From NCBI GenBank assembly GCA_965226055.1, contig CBDDCA010000005.1:608001-672000 (forward strand): 64,000 bases of DNA. The letters run 5' to 3'. The notes under the pieces are model-generated. The model was not told where the DNA came from. It was given only the letters and a program-made list of their open reading frames with translations, and searched no databases. Of the stretch, positions 20,555 through 33,100 are shown piece after piece (the first letter of the stretch is position 1; each line of letters starts with the position of its first letter). The translations under genes and the position numbers were made by a program. Source of the stretch: Spirochaetia bacterium. Its GTDB lineage: Bacteria; Spirochaetota; Spirochaetia; WTKD01; G963693115.

Positions 20555-21670
20555 CTAATTGTTTTCAAGTGCATTTTTTACTTCTACTGGCAACTCTCTG
20601 CGTAATGATTCTTTCCATCCAGCTTCTAAATTATCTCTTGTTATCTTAATTGCAGGCACCGTAATAAATGGTGGAGGAGTGTTTCCTAACACTTGTAACA
20701 CAGCAGCGTTCGTAAGTGTTACTCCCAACTCATATGGAAGATCAGCAACAAAGCCACTCATATTTCCTCCCTTTGCCATATCCAACGCAGTGGTAGCACC
20801 AATATCCATAGTAAACACTTTAATATTCTTCTTATTATTAGCACGCACTGCAGCAAGAACATCTTCTGCTATATTATTCCATGGCACATAAATAGCATCA
20901 ATATCAGGATACCGTGTAATCATGGCAGACGCAATTACCTCACCGTCCGCAGGATTTGCTATCCCTTTTTCTGAAACTATCTCAATATTAGGAGAATTTT
21001 GTAACAGTACTGTTTTTACAGCACTGTCTCGTTGATTAGTCACATAATATGCTGCATCATGATACATAAACCCAACTTTTCCCGAACCAGAAAGCTGAGT
21101 GTCAATAAGCTCAGCAATAGATTTTCCCATATTAAAAAGATCATCAGTCACTATAGCAGCATAATCTTTGCCATGAACAAAGCCTTCGGGCAAATTACTC
21201 AATAAAGATATTACTACTCCTTGCTCTATTGCTGGACGTAAAGCTGCAGCTCCTGACACAGGATCTAGCACAAGCGTAATAATAATATCAGGATTGAGCG
21301 TAAGAGCATTCTCAATATCAGTCTTCTGTTTATTAGCATCAAACTCAGCATCAGTAACAAGTACAATCTCAGCCCCTATTTTTTCTGCAGTATCTGTTAC
21401 TCCCGCAATAACCGAATTAGTAAAATCTGCACTTGCATGTGTGAGCAATGCTATTTTTAGGTTTCGTGAACGTGCCATTTCAATATCACTTTCACTTAAC
21501 TGCACTTCCTTATAATCAGTAGGGGCATTACCTGCAGGACCAGTTGTCTGCATGACCAATGCTTTCTCTATCACTTCGGCTTTTTTGGTTTTTTGTTCCT
21601 CTTGTCCTCCACTAAACAACAGTGCAGAACTTATGCTTATTACAACAAAAACACATAACAATTTTTTCAT
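20555..21670 (-). CDS. Sugar ABC transporter substrate-binding protein (periplasmic binding protein type 1)
   Basis: Signal peptide MKK...LFSGG; RbsB-like fold pattern; first gene of the operon. Confidence 0.88.
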   Translation of the reverse strand: MKKLLCVFVVISISSALLFSGGQEEQKTKKAEVIEKALVMQTTGPAGNAPTDYKEVQLSESDIEMARSRNLKIALLTHASADFTNSVIAGVTDTAEKIGAEIVLVTDAEFDANKQKTDIENALTLNPDIIITLVLDPVSGAAALRPAIEQGVVISLLSNLPEGFVHGKDYAAIVTDDLFNMGKSIAELIDTQLSGSGKVGFMYHDAAYYVTNQRDSAVKTVLLQNSPNIEIVSEKGIANPADGEVIASAMITRYPDIDAIYVPWNNIAEDVLAAVRANNKKNIKVFTMDIGATTALDMAKGGNMSGFVADLPYELGVTLTNAAVLQVLGNTPPPFITVPAIKITRDNLEAGWKESLRRELPVEVKNALENN

Positions 21671-21832
21671 ACTATACCTTCCTTTTATCTATATATTTGG
21701 ATACCATAATATTTTTTATATTTGATACCATATTTAGATACTATATTTTATTCTACTTTCATTGTACATCAACAGAATAAAAAATGTCAAAAATACTTAC
21801 TCTCTATAATGGAACTTTATAAGAAAGTGTGC

Positions 21833-22861
21833 TTAAAATGGTGTCTGATACCCCGCATAATCTTGTACATATTGCAAAATATATGTCCCACTTTCATCCT
21901 GCGGATTTTGATGATCCACAAGTAATGCTACTACTCCTTTTGCTCCACGTAAATGTGCCCCTGCTAACAAACCCGATACAGTAATTGTTACCGAATTAGA
22001 ACGTCCTCCTGGAGGAGGGCTTACTGGTGGCGTAAGACCATTCCATGTAACAGTGCTACCAAGATACTCTGAAAGATTTTTTCCTCTTGCTTTTAAGCCA
22101 CTTACAATCCCCTCGTACTTATTTTCAAAATGATCTTTGATAATGTATATTTGTTTATTGGGATCCTTAAAATCTGCCACAGAGTATATACCATTCTTCC
22201 CTAAAAACAAGCTATCCTTAAACTGAACAGTATCAGTTACTACTGTAGGAGTAGACACTAAATGAGGATCATCAGTAAAGAAATGAGTAACTCCATTTTC
22301 CCAATAATGATTTGGTACATCGACATAATGCGATGGATAATAGACTCCATCTACAAGATACTGATCGTACTTATAATACCCTAACGCAACAAGATCAGAT
22401 TCCTGAAATTGAAACCCAACAAAGCCCAAGTAATTAATAACTGAAGCCTGAATTTTTTTCCAATCGGGATTAGGATCTGAAGGACTATATAGATCGGCAA
22501 TGCCTATTATACGAAAATAGGTTTCTACTGTTAGATTATGAAGTTGAATAGGATCTCCTGTTGAAGGATCACGAACAACTCTTCCTGGATACAATACCAA
22601 AGGATACGAACCTGCAACAGGCTTGTTCCAATTTTCATTATACCACTGTTGTTTTGCTGGATCTATCGAAGATTCAAATTTCCAAACATCATTGATAAAA
22701 TCATCGTATGTCTTTTGTTGCACTAAAACAGTATTACTCGCAGTTTGCCCAAGAGTATCTGTATCGGTAGTGAAAGAATGCTGTACAGCATCTTGATCAC
22801 AAGCGATAACTATCAAAAAAAATAGCAGTAACATATAAAATGTACTTCTTCTCTCTATCAT
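21833..22861 (-). CDS. Lipoprotein with putative lysozyme-like / lytic-transglycosylase fold
   Basis: Lipobox IVIAC; GGAGG RBS before ATG at 22861. Motifs FESS, NYLGFVGFQF, GKNGIYSVADF, SGLLAGAHLRGAKGV, DESGT...Y...YAGY. Confidence 0.6.
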   Translation of the reverse strand: MIERRSTFYMLLLFFLIVIACDQDAVQHSFTTDTDTLGQTASNTVLVQQKTYDDFINDVWKFESSIDPAKQQWYNENWNKPVAGSYPLVLYPGRVVRDPSTGDPIQLHNLTVETYFRIIGIADLYSPSDPNPDWKKIQASVINYLGFVGFQFQESDLVALGYYKYDQYLVDGVYYPSHYVDVPNHYWENGVTHFFTDDPHLVSTPTVVTDTVQFKDSLFLGKNGIYSVADFKDPNKQIYIIKDHFENKYEGIVSGLKARGKNLSEYLGSTVTWNGLTPPVSPPPGGRSNSVTITVSGLLAGAHLRGAKGVVALLVDHQNPQDESGTYILQYVQDYAGYQTPF

Positions 22862-22943
22862 AAAAACCTCCAAATTCATAAGATTATTCTTTCTTACACA
22901 CTCACTAATAGCATTTTCTATGAGTGTTCATTATATATTTCTC

Positions 22944-23261
22944 TTACCAAGACACTCCACAGCCTGATCCATTCATACCGCCTATTCCCATCATACTGCC
23001 CATTATGCTCCCCATAAAGAACATTTGAAGAACAAAAGAACTTGCTATTACAATAGCCATCACTATGAGAGCTGCTTTTGCATAATTAGCTTTGATAGTA
23101 TGTGTTCCTCCCCCAAATCCCCATACAAATAGCATGACAATATTTACAATAGGTATAACAGAAATCAGTACAGTTACTACCCATTCCTTTACACTCATAA
23201 CATAACCATTGTTAGTGCTATCACTCATATCATTATTATTACTTATAGTATTATCACTCAT
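22944..23261 (-). CDS. Small hypothetical membrane protein (2-3 TM segments)
   Basis: 105 aa; AAGGAG RBS; hydrophobic SVKEWVVTVLISVIPIVNIVMLFVWGFG and a second hydrophobic helix. Confidence 0.75.
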   Translation of the reverse strand: MSDNTISNNNDMSDSTNNGYVMSVKEWVVTVLISVIPIVNIVMLFVWGFGGGTHTIKANYAKAALIVMAIVIASSFVLQMFFMGSIMGSMMGIGGMNGSGCGVSW

Positions 23262-23465
23262 TTTTTTACTCCTTACATGTGAATTATACCATAATAATAA
23301 AAAAAAGTGGGAGAATAATTAAAAAAAATGAGGATATTTCTAAAAATATATATGAAAGTATATACAATGAACATATATATATATCATAATAAAAAAAGAA
23401 TAATACTGACTTTTATACCTGTGCTTAGGATAGATTTGATTTACATTGCAATATAGATAAAGCAA

Positions 23466-26424
<2,959 letters not shown>

Positions 26425-26611
26425 TATTGATTTATCAATATTACTCATGCTTTTTGTATCCTAAGAAAAATTTGTATGTAATATACACACAAATTACACA
26501 ATTTTTGTAAAATTGCCAGTATTATCCTTCTCTTATATGATTAAGAAACAGCATACAATAGTATTATTTTTCTGAAAATTAACAAGAATTATAATTTCTA
26601 TTTTCCTATGC

Positions 26612-26650
26612 CGTAATATATATTTTTACACAAAAATACATTTTTGTCAA
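26612..26650 (-). promoter_or_regulatory. Possible rRNA promoter
   Basis: Perfect TTGACA at 26645-26650 (minus strand), about 220 bp upstream of the 23S; only an imperfect -10 at canonical spacing. Confidence 0.35.
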
Positions 26651-26698
26651 GTGAATTTTGGTGATTTTCAATTATTTCTTAAAATTATAGAAATTTTC

Positions 26699-28351
26699 TC
26701 AATTTTCTATCAATTTCTCATATTTTTGCACTACTTTTTGTATAAATTTTGGTATGCGAGCGTGAGCCTCAGGCACAATAGTAGCGTTTACTTGTATCAA
26801 AGGGCTTACCATAGTATCATAAAATTCTTGTTCATTCTGCTGGGGATTGAGAGCTCGTAACGCTGAAATTGCTGCTCCTACTGCTGCACCACTGTCATTG
26901 ACTACTATCACTTCCTTATTGAACAATGCTGCTACACGTTTACTTATTTCTAATGATTGTGTAGCTCCTCCTGTAATATATAATTGTTTTGAGTTAGATA
27001 TAATATCTTTTGTATAATATGCCATAATTGCAAGCGTGGTGTCTATAATGGCAGGATATGTGCTTATGGTATCTTGTAATTGCATGTCTCTGTCAAGCTC
27101 TACGTCAAACTCCCTATCAAACTCCCTGCCAAACGATGGTGATGGCGGAAACGATTCTTCAAATAACTGCCAGTGCATACAATATGCTCCGATAGGAGTT
27201 TGATATAATATCTTTTCATACTCTTGTAACGACAAAGCAGGATTTTCTGCTCTTACTTTATCCCACAATAATGCCCCATTTGTGCGACAACAGAAGAGAA
27301 ATGGTCTTCCTATGCCATCATACATCTTGTTAAGAGATAGCATAGCTTTGTTCTGCACTGTTGCAGACGACATACATACAAAACTTGTTCCTAAACTTAA
27401 TAGATTACTTGGAATTACTACTTTGCTTTGTGGGTTGTCTCCACTGCCTATGGTAACTTTACAGTCTGGATGAAATGCATATTTCTGTACAAAATAAGGG
27501 GCTATGGTGCCTGCAATAGATAGTGGCGATTGGAGAGAACCTATTTTATTGAGTAAGTCCTGTGTAAGATGAGTGTGAGGCTGTATTTCTTTTTCGTTGC
27601 CAAGATTATAACATACTGCTTCTACTAATGATGATGACCATTGTTTATGCTGATAATCCATAAGGGACATACCGCTGCCATTTCCCCAATCGATAGGAAC
27701 ATGTGCGTTAGCACTCAGTACTCCAGAAATAAAATTACTGAGAAGCTGTATTGCATATGTATTCTGATATGCTTGCCAGTGCTGTTTTGCTATATAGCGA
27801 ATAATAGCACCTGTAAATCGAGCAGGACTGTTTGAGCCAGAAAGAGCCATCATTGTTTGTGCATCGCCTACATAGTCCCGTATTTCATCGGCTTCTGTAC
27901 AAGACACAGAGGTCATCCAAATAGGAGCATGTGGATAGCTAAAGCTCTCCCTAAATATATCAGATAATGTATGTTGTTGATGAGACGAGGGCTGTAATAA
28001 TTGCGAAAATGCCTGTTGCACAGATTTTCCTAGATACACATGCCCATGCTGTTGTGCAGATACTGCAATAGAAGCAATATCTTGCATACGTGCCTGATAT
28101 GTTTGCATTGTCCTGTGTATCTCTGCTAGTACAGTATCCAATGCATCTAAAAACAAAAGTGGGGGCTGTTCTACTAACCCTAGCACAGTATCAGGAAGCG
28201 CTTTTGTTTGTGAGTCTAATGGGTACTGTGAGAAATGTTCATGAGAGGTATAGGAAAGAGAGCATTCTTGTACTATCACTTTCTCTCTAAAATCAAGAAC
28301 AACTGCAGTAATACTTTGTGTGCTTATGTCTATCCCTAACGTGTATTTCAT
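26699..28351 (-). CDS. FGGY-family carbohydrate kinase, xylulokinase-like
   Basis: GIDISTQS, SAQQHGHVY, PIWM, RFTGAIIR, GDNPQS, SLGTS, TGGAT. Confidence 0.88.
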   Translation of the reverse strand: MKYTLGIDISTQSITAVVLDFREKVIVQECSLSYTSHEHFSQYPLDSQTKALPDTVLGLVEQPPLLFLDALDTVLAEIHRTMQTYQARMQDIASIAVSAQQHGHVYLGKSVQQAFSQLLQPSSHQQHTLSDIFRESFSYPHAPIWMTSVSCTEADEIRDYVGDAQTMMALSGSNSPARFTGAIIRYIAKQHWQAYQNTYAIQLLSNFISGVLSANAHVPIDWGNGSGMSLMDYQHKQWSSSLVEAVCYNLGNEKEIQPHTHLTQDLLNKIGSLQSPLSIAGTIAPYFVQKYAFHPDCKVTIGSGDNPQSKVVIPSNLLSLGTSFVCMSSATVQNKAMLSLNKMYDGIGRPFLFCCRTNGALLWDKVRAENPALSLQEYEKILYQTPIGAYCMHWQLFEESFPPSPSFGREFDREFDVELDRDMQLQDTISTYPAIIDTTLAIMAYYTKDIISNSKQLYITGGATQSLEISKRVAALFNKEVIVVNDSGAAVGAAISALRALNPQQNEQEFYDTMVSPLIQVNATIVPEAHARIPKFIQKVVQKYEKLIEN

Positions 28352-28415
28352 GATAGCTTTCTATATATTATATAGTATATACATATTATTTTTATCCTCC
28401 TTGATAACTTCCACA

Positions 28416-29492
28416 CGAGTTCAAGGATTAAATGCGACAAAGGAGCAAAAAAAGTAAGAAAAAATAAAAAAAGGAGACACTCTATAATTGTATAAACGAA
28501 ACAAATTAGGAGGTCTCCTTTATGAGTATACCAAAAAACTCATTTCGTCATCTGACAGACAAAGATCGTACTATTATCGCTACGCTCCGTCATGCAAAGT
28601 ACAGTATCAATGCTATAGCCAAACGCCTCAGTGTCCATCGCAGCACTGTCTATCGTGAAATACAACGCAATGGAGGCAAACATGTCTATAATGAAGTCAT
28701 TGCTCACAGACAGGCAAGAAAACGATGGGATAAGAGCCATAAAAAACTCTCTATTCCTTCTCATACTATTCGTACCTATATCGTTTTTCACCTTATATTC
28801 GATGGCTGGTCGCCTGAACAAATAGCAGGAAGGCTCAGTATTGATATGCCTCAGTATACTATCAGTCATGAGACAATATATCACTTTATTTATCGTTTTG
28901 CTCCTCATTTGACACAGTATCTGCGAAAACAGCACCAAACACGCAAAAAAAGAAGAGTATCTCGTTCTTTTTCTGTTTCTCGTATCCCTCATCGTGTCTC
29001 AGTACACGAACGAGGCGATGTTTCTAATGAATATGGCCACTGGGAAGTAGATCTTGTTGGCTCTTCTTCAAAAGCTACTGTGCTTGCTTTAGTGGAAAAA
29101 CATACCCGTTATGTTCTTTTTCATAAGATACCTGACAAAACTGCTCATACCGTACAGTATGGCATGCTCTTTGCTCTAAGGAACATACCACGCCATTTAT
29201 GTAACAGTTTCACTTATGATAATGGGAGTGAATTTATGCTCCATACTGAAATAAATACACGCCTGAATGCTCGTTCTTATTTTTGTACTCCTTACTGTGC
29301 TTGGGAAAAAGGATTAGTCGAACATTCTATTGGATTATTACGTCAGTACTTTCCTAAGAAGACTTTGTTTCATAGAGTCAAGCAAAGTGATATACTACAA
29401 GTACAAACGCTTATCAATCATAGACCACGAAAATGTCTTCATTTTTTGACCCCTGCTGAAGCCTTTTCTGTCGCATTTAGTCCTTGAATCCG
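28416..29492 (+). mobile_element. IS30-family insertion sequence, apparently intact (about 1.08 kb)
   Basis: 24-bp imperfect terminal IRs: cgagttcaaggattaaatgcgaca (28416-28439) vs reverse complement of 29469-29492 (cggattcaaggactaaatgcgaca). 'CA' flanks both sides, consistent with a 2-bp target duplication. Confidence 0.9.
28522..29487 (+). CDS. IS30-family DDE transposase
   Basis: HTH IAKRLSVHRSTVYREIQRN, WSPEQIAGR, ISHETIY, GHWEVD, TYDNGSEF, WEKGLVE, INHRPRKCL. Confidence 0.96.
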   Translation: MSIPKNSFRHLTDKDRTIIATLRHAKYSINAIAKRLSVHRSTVYREIQRNGGKHVYNEVIAHRQARKRWDKSHKKLSIPSHTIRTYIVFHLIFDGWSPEQIAGRLSIDMPQYTISHETIYHFIYRFAPHLTQYLRKQHQTRKKRRVSRSFSVSRIPHRVSVHERGDVSNEYGHWEVDLVGSSSKATVLALVEKHTRYVLFHKIPDKTAHTVQYGMLFALRNIPRHLCNSFTYDNGSEFMLHTEINTRLNARSYFCTPYCAWEKGLVEHSIGLLRQYFPKKTLFHRVKQSDILQVQTLINHRPRKCLHFLTPAEAFSVAFSP

Positions 29493-29521
29493 CACCATAC
29501 AAAAGTGAGGATATAGTTGTA

Positions 29522-30103
29522 TTATGCATTTGTTAAACAAACATTTACACAACGATCAATCCATTTTCTTTTTTGTTTTCGTTTTAGATTATGAGTATCA
29601 TATAATACAAGAGACTGTACATCACTAACATTACAATACAAAAGTAATCTTTTCTGTAATAATGTTACACTATCTGCTACTTTATTGCTTTTCTGATGTT
29701 CATCGGTACTCATAACCACTATTACAGTAAGCTGTGACAGTAACCCTCTTTTCTCTTTCGGCTCAAACTCCTTTCCTGCATATTCAAAAGCAATGCCTGG
29801 CGCAAACACACGCTGCAACCATCCAACCAATAGTGCAGGAGGAAACCCAAACCAGTCAGGAAAAAACAACATAAGAGTTGAAGCAGAACGTAAGATTTGC
29901 TGATGTCTTACTGTCGCTCCATCAAATGTCATTCTACGATGAATTTCCTGTTGAGAGATAAGAGGATTATATTGTATTTCATCAAGGTATATATATGTTA
30001 CTGGCTTTGAATGTCTCTGCAGTACATCATAGCATAATTGGGCAACATGTACTGTTAGACTATCAGGGTTAGGATTTGCACTTACCAATATGGTGTACTT
30101 CAT
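29522..30103 (-). CDS. NAD(P)H-dependent oxidoreductase, flavodoxin-like fold (quinone reductase family)
   Basis: ANPNPDSLT, FPDWFGFPPALLVGWLQRVF. Confidence 0.82.
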   Translation of the reverse strand: MKYTILVSANPNPDSLTVHVAQLCYDVLQRHSKPVTYIYLDEIQYNPLISQQEIHRRMTFDGATVRHQQILRSASTLMLFFPDWFGFPPALLVGWLQRVFAPGIAFEYAGKEFEPKEKRGLLSQLTVIVVMSTDEHQKSNKVADSVTLLQKRLLLYCNVSDVQSLVLYDTHNLKRKQKRKWIDRCVNVCLTNA

Positions 30104-30126
30104 ACTTCATTATACTCTACCCCCTA

Positions 30127-30160
30127 AAAAAGAGAGCAGAAATACTCCTGCTCTCTTTTT
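30127..30160. terminator. Intrinsic terminator downstream of the 2013-aa surface protein gene
   Basis: aaaaagagagcag-aaatactc-ctgctctcttttt hairpin with A/T tails on both sides. Confidence 0.8.
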
Positions 30161-30168
30161 GTGTGCTT

Positions 30169-33100
30169 TTAGTTGGGAAATGTCCAAACATCATCGATGT
30201 CTTTAAAATTCTCTATCTCTCCCCCTAGTAAAAAGATTTTGTTCTTGAATACCTCAGCAGCATAGCTGTCAATTTCTTTATGGTTTATGGTAGCACTGTG
30301 TACTTTCCACACTTCTCCATCAGCACTACTCCATACATCACTCGTATTAGTACCCCCAACCACCCACATCTTATTATCAAATACTACAGTATCAAATTCG
30401 GAACCAGACCTCCAAATTGAACTTGTAGTATGCCTTTTCCATACAATCCCATCATCACTACTCCATATGTTATTAGTACTAAAATCTGTCTTGTCTCCTC
30501 CTCCTATAGCCCATATCTTACTCTTAAACACTACAACACCATAAGGATAACCAGAATATTCCCATAATTTAGTATCATCACTAGTAGAATCACTTATACT
30601 ATGCTCTTCCCATACATTCCCATCAGCACTGCTCCATACATCACTGTAGTTACCAGTCTCAGGATCTGCAGCTCCTCCTATAATCCAGATCTTATTCTGA
30701 AATTCCACAGCTGTTAAGCCACGTTCATCCCAAATAGTATTTGTTCCATTTTTGTTACTCGTGGTGTGCTTTTTCCATACTTCTCCATCAGCACTGCTCC
30801 ACACATCATTTAGTGGTCCATAAGGTTTTTGTTTAACCCCTCCCATAACCCATATCCTACTGTTAAACACTACAGAAGCATGTTCCCTACGTCTACTCCA
30901 AATAGTACTTGTTTTATCTTCGTTACTCGTGGTATGCTTTTTCCATACCTGCCCATCAGCACTACTCCATACATCATTAAGAAAATTACCATTACTATCT
31001 CCTCCCAATACCCATATTCTATTCTTAAACACTACAGAACCATGAAATCTACGTTTACTCCAAATATCCTTCTCTTTGGGATCCTCATTGCTGGTAACCA
31101 GTTGCTTCCATGTGTACAAATCATATATATCATCTATCGTATATTCTCCTGTTATTTGATTAGTACTATTTCCATTTCTACTTGCTACTCCTAATACTGT
31201 TCCTGCTGGAAACTCTGCTTTCCATGTCTCGTCTTGTGCCAAGTCACTTTTAGTGAGCGTAATCTGTATCTTCTTCTCATCGGTACTATCCACTGCTATC
31301 GTCCTATCGGAAGTTCCTAAGGGACTAAAACTTCCTCCTTTTGCTTTTTTAGATACCACTATACTATCTGGGGCTATGAGCTCTACCTCTACAGGAAACG
31401 ATACTTCTAATACCTTTTTCTTTGCTACCTTCAGTTTCGTTCCTGCATTCAACACAGGGCCATCTCCTATCGTTATGTCCTTATTTGTCGGGGTTATTGC
31501 CTCATTTCCTTCTTTCCCAGAGAGCAAGGCTCCCTCTTCAAATGCTAAGCGATACTTCTCTTTATTCTGTGGGGTTGGCACTGTTATTTTTAGCACTTTC
31601 TCATCATTCGTATCTTTTGCTATATTACTCCCCGATACTGCCACATCGGTATACGAACTTCCTCCTACTGCCTGCTTCTTCACTTTTATCTTGCTCTTAT
31701 CTAAAAATGCTATATTCTTATCAAAGCTCACTATTATCACTGTTCCTACTCGATACGGATCTTTACTTGTATCTAATACTGCTCCTCCTGCTATCACTAT
31801 ATCCTTGTCGGTCGGTGCTATTGTTCTATTTCCTTCATTTCCAGAGGATACCGCTCCTGCTTCAAACTCTAAGCGATAGGTGTCATTCTTCTTTGGGGTT
31901 GGTACTGTTATTTTTAGCACTTTCTCATTGTTCGTATCTTTTACTATACTATTATCTGGTACTGCTGTATCATCCAGTTCTGTAAATGTGCCTCCTGATG
32001 CTTTCTTCTGCACTTTTATCTTATCCTTATCCATGATTGTTATAGTGCTATCAAAACTCACTAGTATCACTGCTCCTACTATATATGGATCGTTACTGCT
32101 ATCCAGTACTGGACCGCCACTTATCACTATATCCTTGTTCGTTGGCGCTATCGTATCATTGAGTATATCTCCTGCTGCTTTCACTGCTCCTGCTTCTAGC
32201 TCTATCCTATAGGTTTCTCCTTTCGTGGGGGTCTGTGCTACAGTCAGCTTCAACGCATTGTTTGATGATACTAATCCTTTGTTCGCTGCTGGTAATTCAC
32301 TGTCAGTTAAGTCAATAAATGCACTTCCTCCTACTGCTTGCTTCTTCAGTTTTATCTTACTCTTGTCCTCTATGCTCACTACTTTATCCAGCGGTATGGT
32401 AAACTCTTTTCCTACTACTGACATTGCTTTGCTTCCATCAAGCATCGCTCCTCCTGTTACCACTACATCTTTATCTGTTGGTGCTATTGCTCCGTTTCCT
32501 TCATCTGTGTCTTTCACTGCTCCTGCCTCTAGTGCTATTCTGTAGCTATCGTTGTTTCTCAATGTTCCTACCAATGTCAACTTCAGCTGTTTATCATTCC
32601 CTCCTGCCCTTTGTTTATTGGCTTCCGGTAACTCGCTTGTACTCACTTCTTTATAGCTCACTTCGCTTGTTGTTTTCTTGAGTACTTTTATTTTATTCTT
32701 CGATACTATTGTTATTGTTCTATCAAATGTTACTGTTATCACTTTACTTGCCAAGCTAACATTTCCATCAAGTACCGGGCCTCCGCTTATCACTATATCC
32801 TTATCGGTTGGTGAGATCTCTGCGTTTCCTTCACTTGCATCTTTTACTGCTCCTGCTTCCAGCTTTATCCTATACGTTTCTCCTGTCCGTACTGTTCCTA
32901 CAAGCGTCAGTTCTAACTGCTTATTATCACTGCTATTGATTACTTTATTTGCTGCGGGCAATACTGTCGCATTCAATTCACTAAAGCTTGACCCTCCTAC
33001 TGCTTGCTTCAATACTTTTACCTTGCTTTTATCCAAAAATGTTATTGCTTTTGTAAAGAATACTCGTATCTCTTTGCCTACTATATACGGATCTTTGCTG

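Noticed and set aside
23262-23465. Possible 5S rRNA or tRNA downstream of the 23S
   Set aside because: Extremely AT-rich, with no 5S or cloverleaf signatures.
28540-28992. 150-aa antisense ORF inside IS30
   Set aside because: No motifs or RBS; not supportable as a gene.
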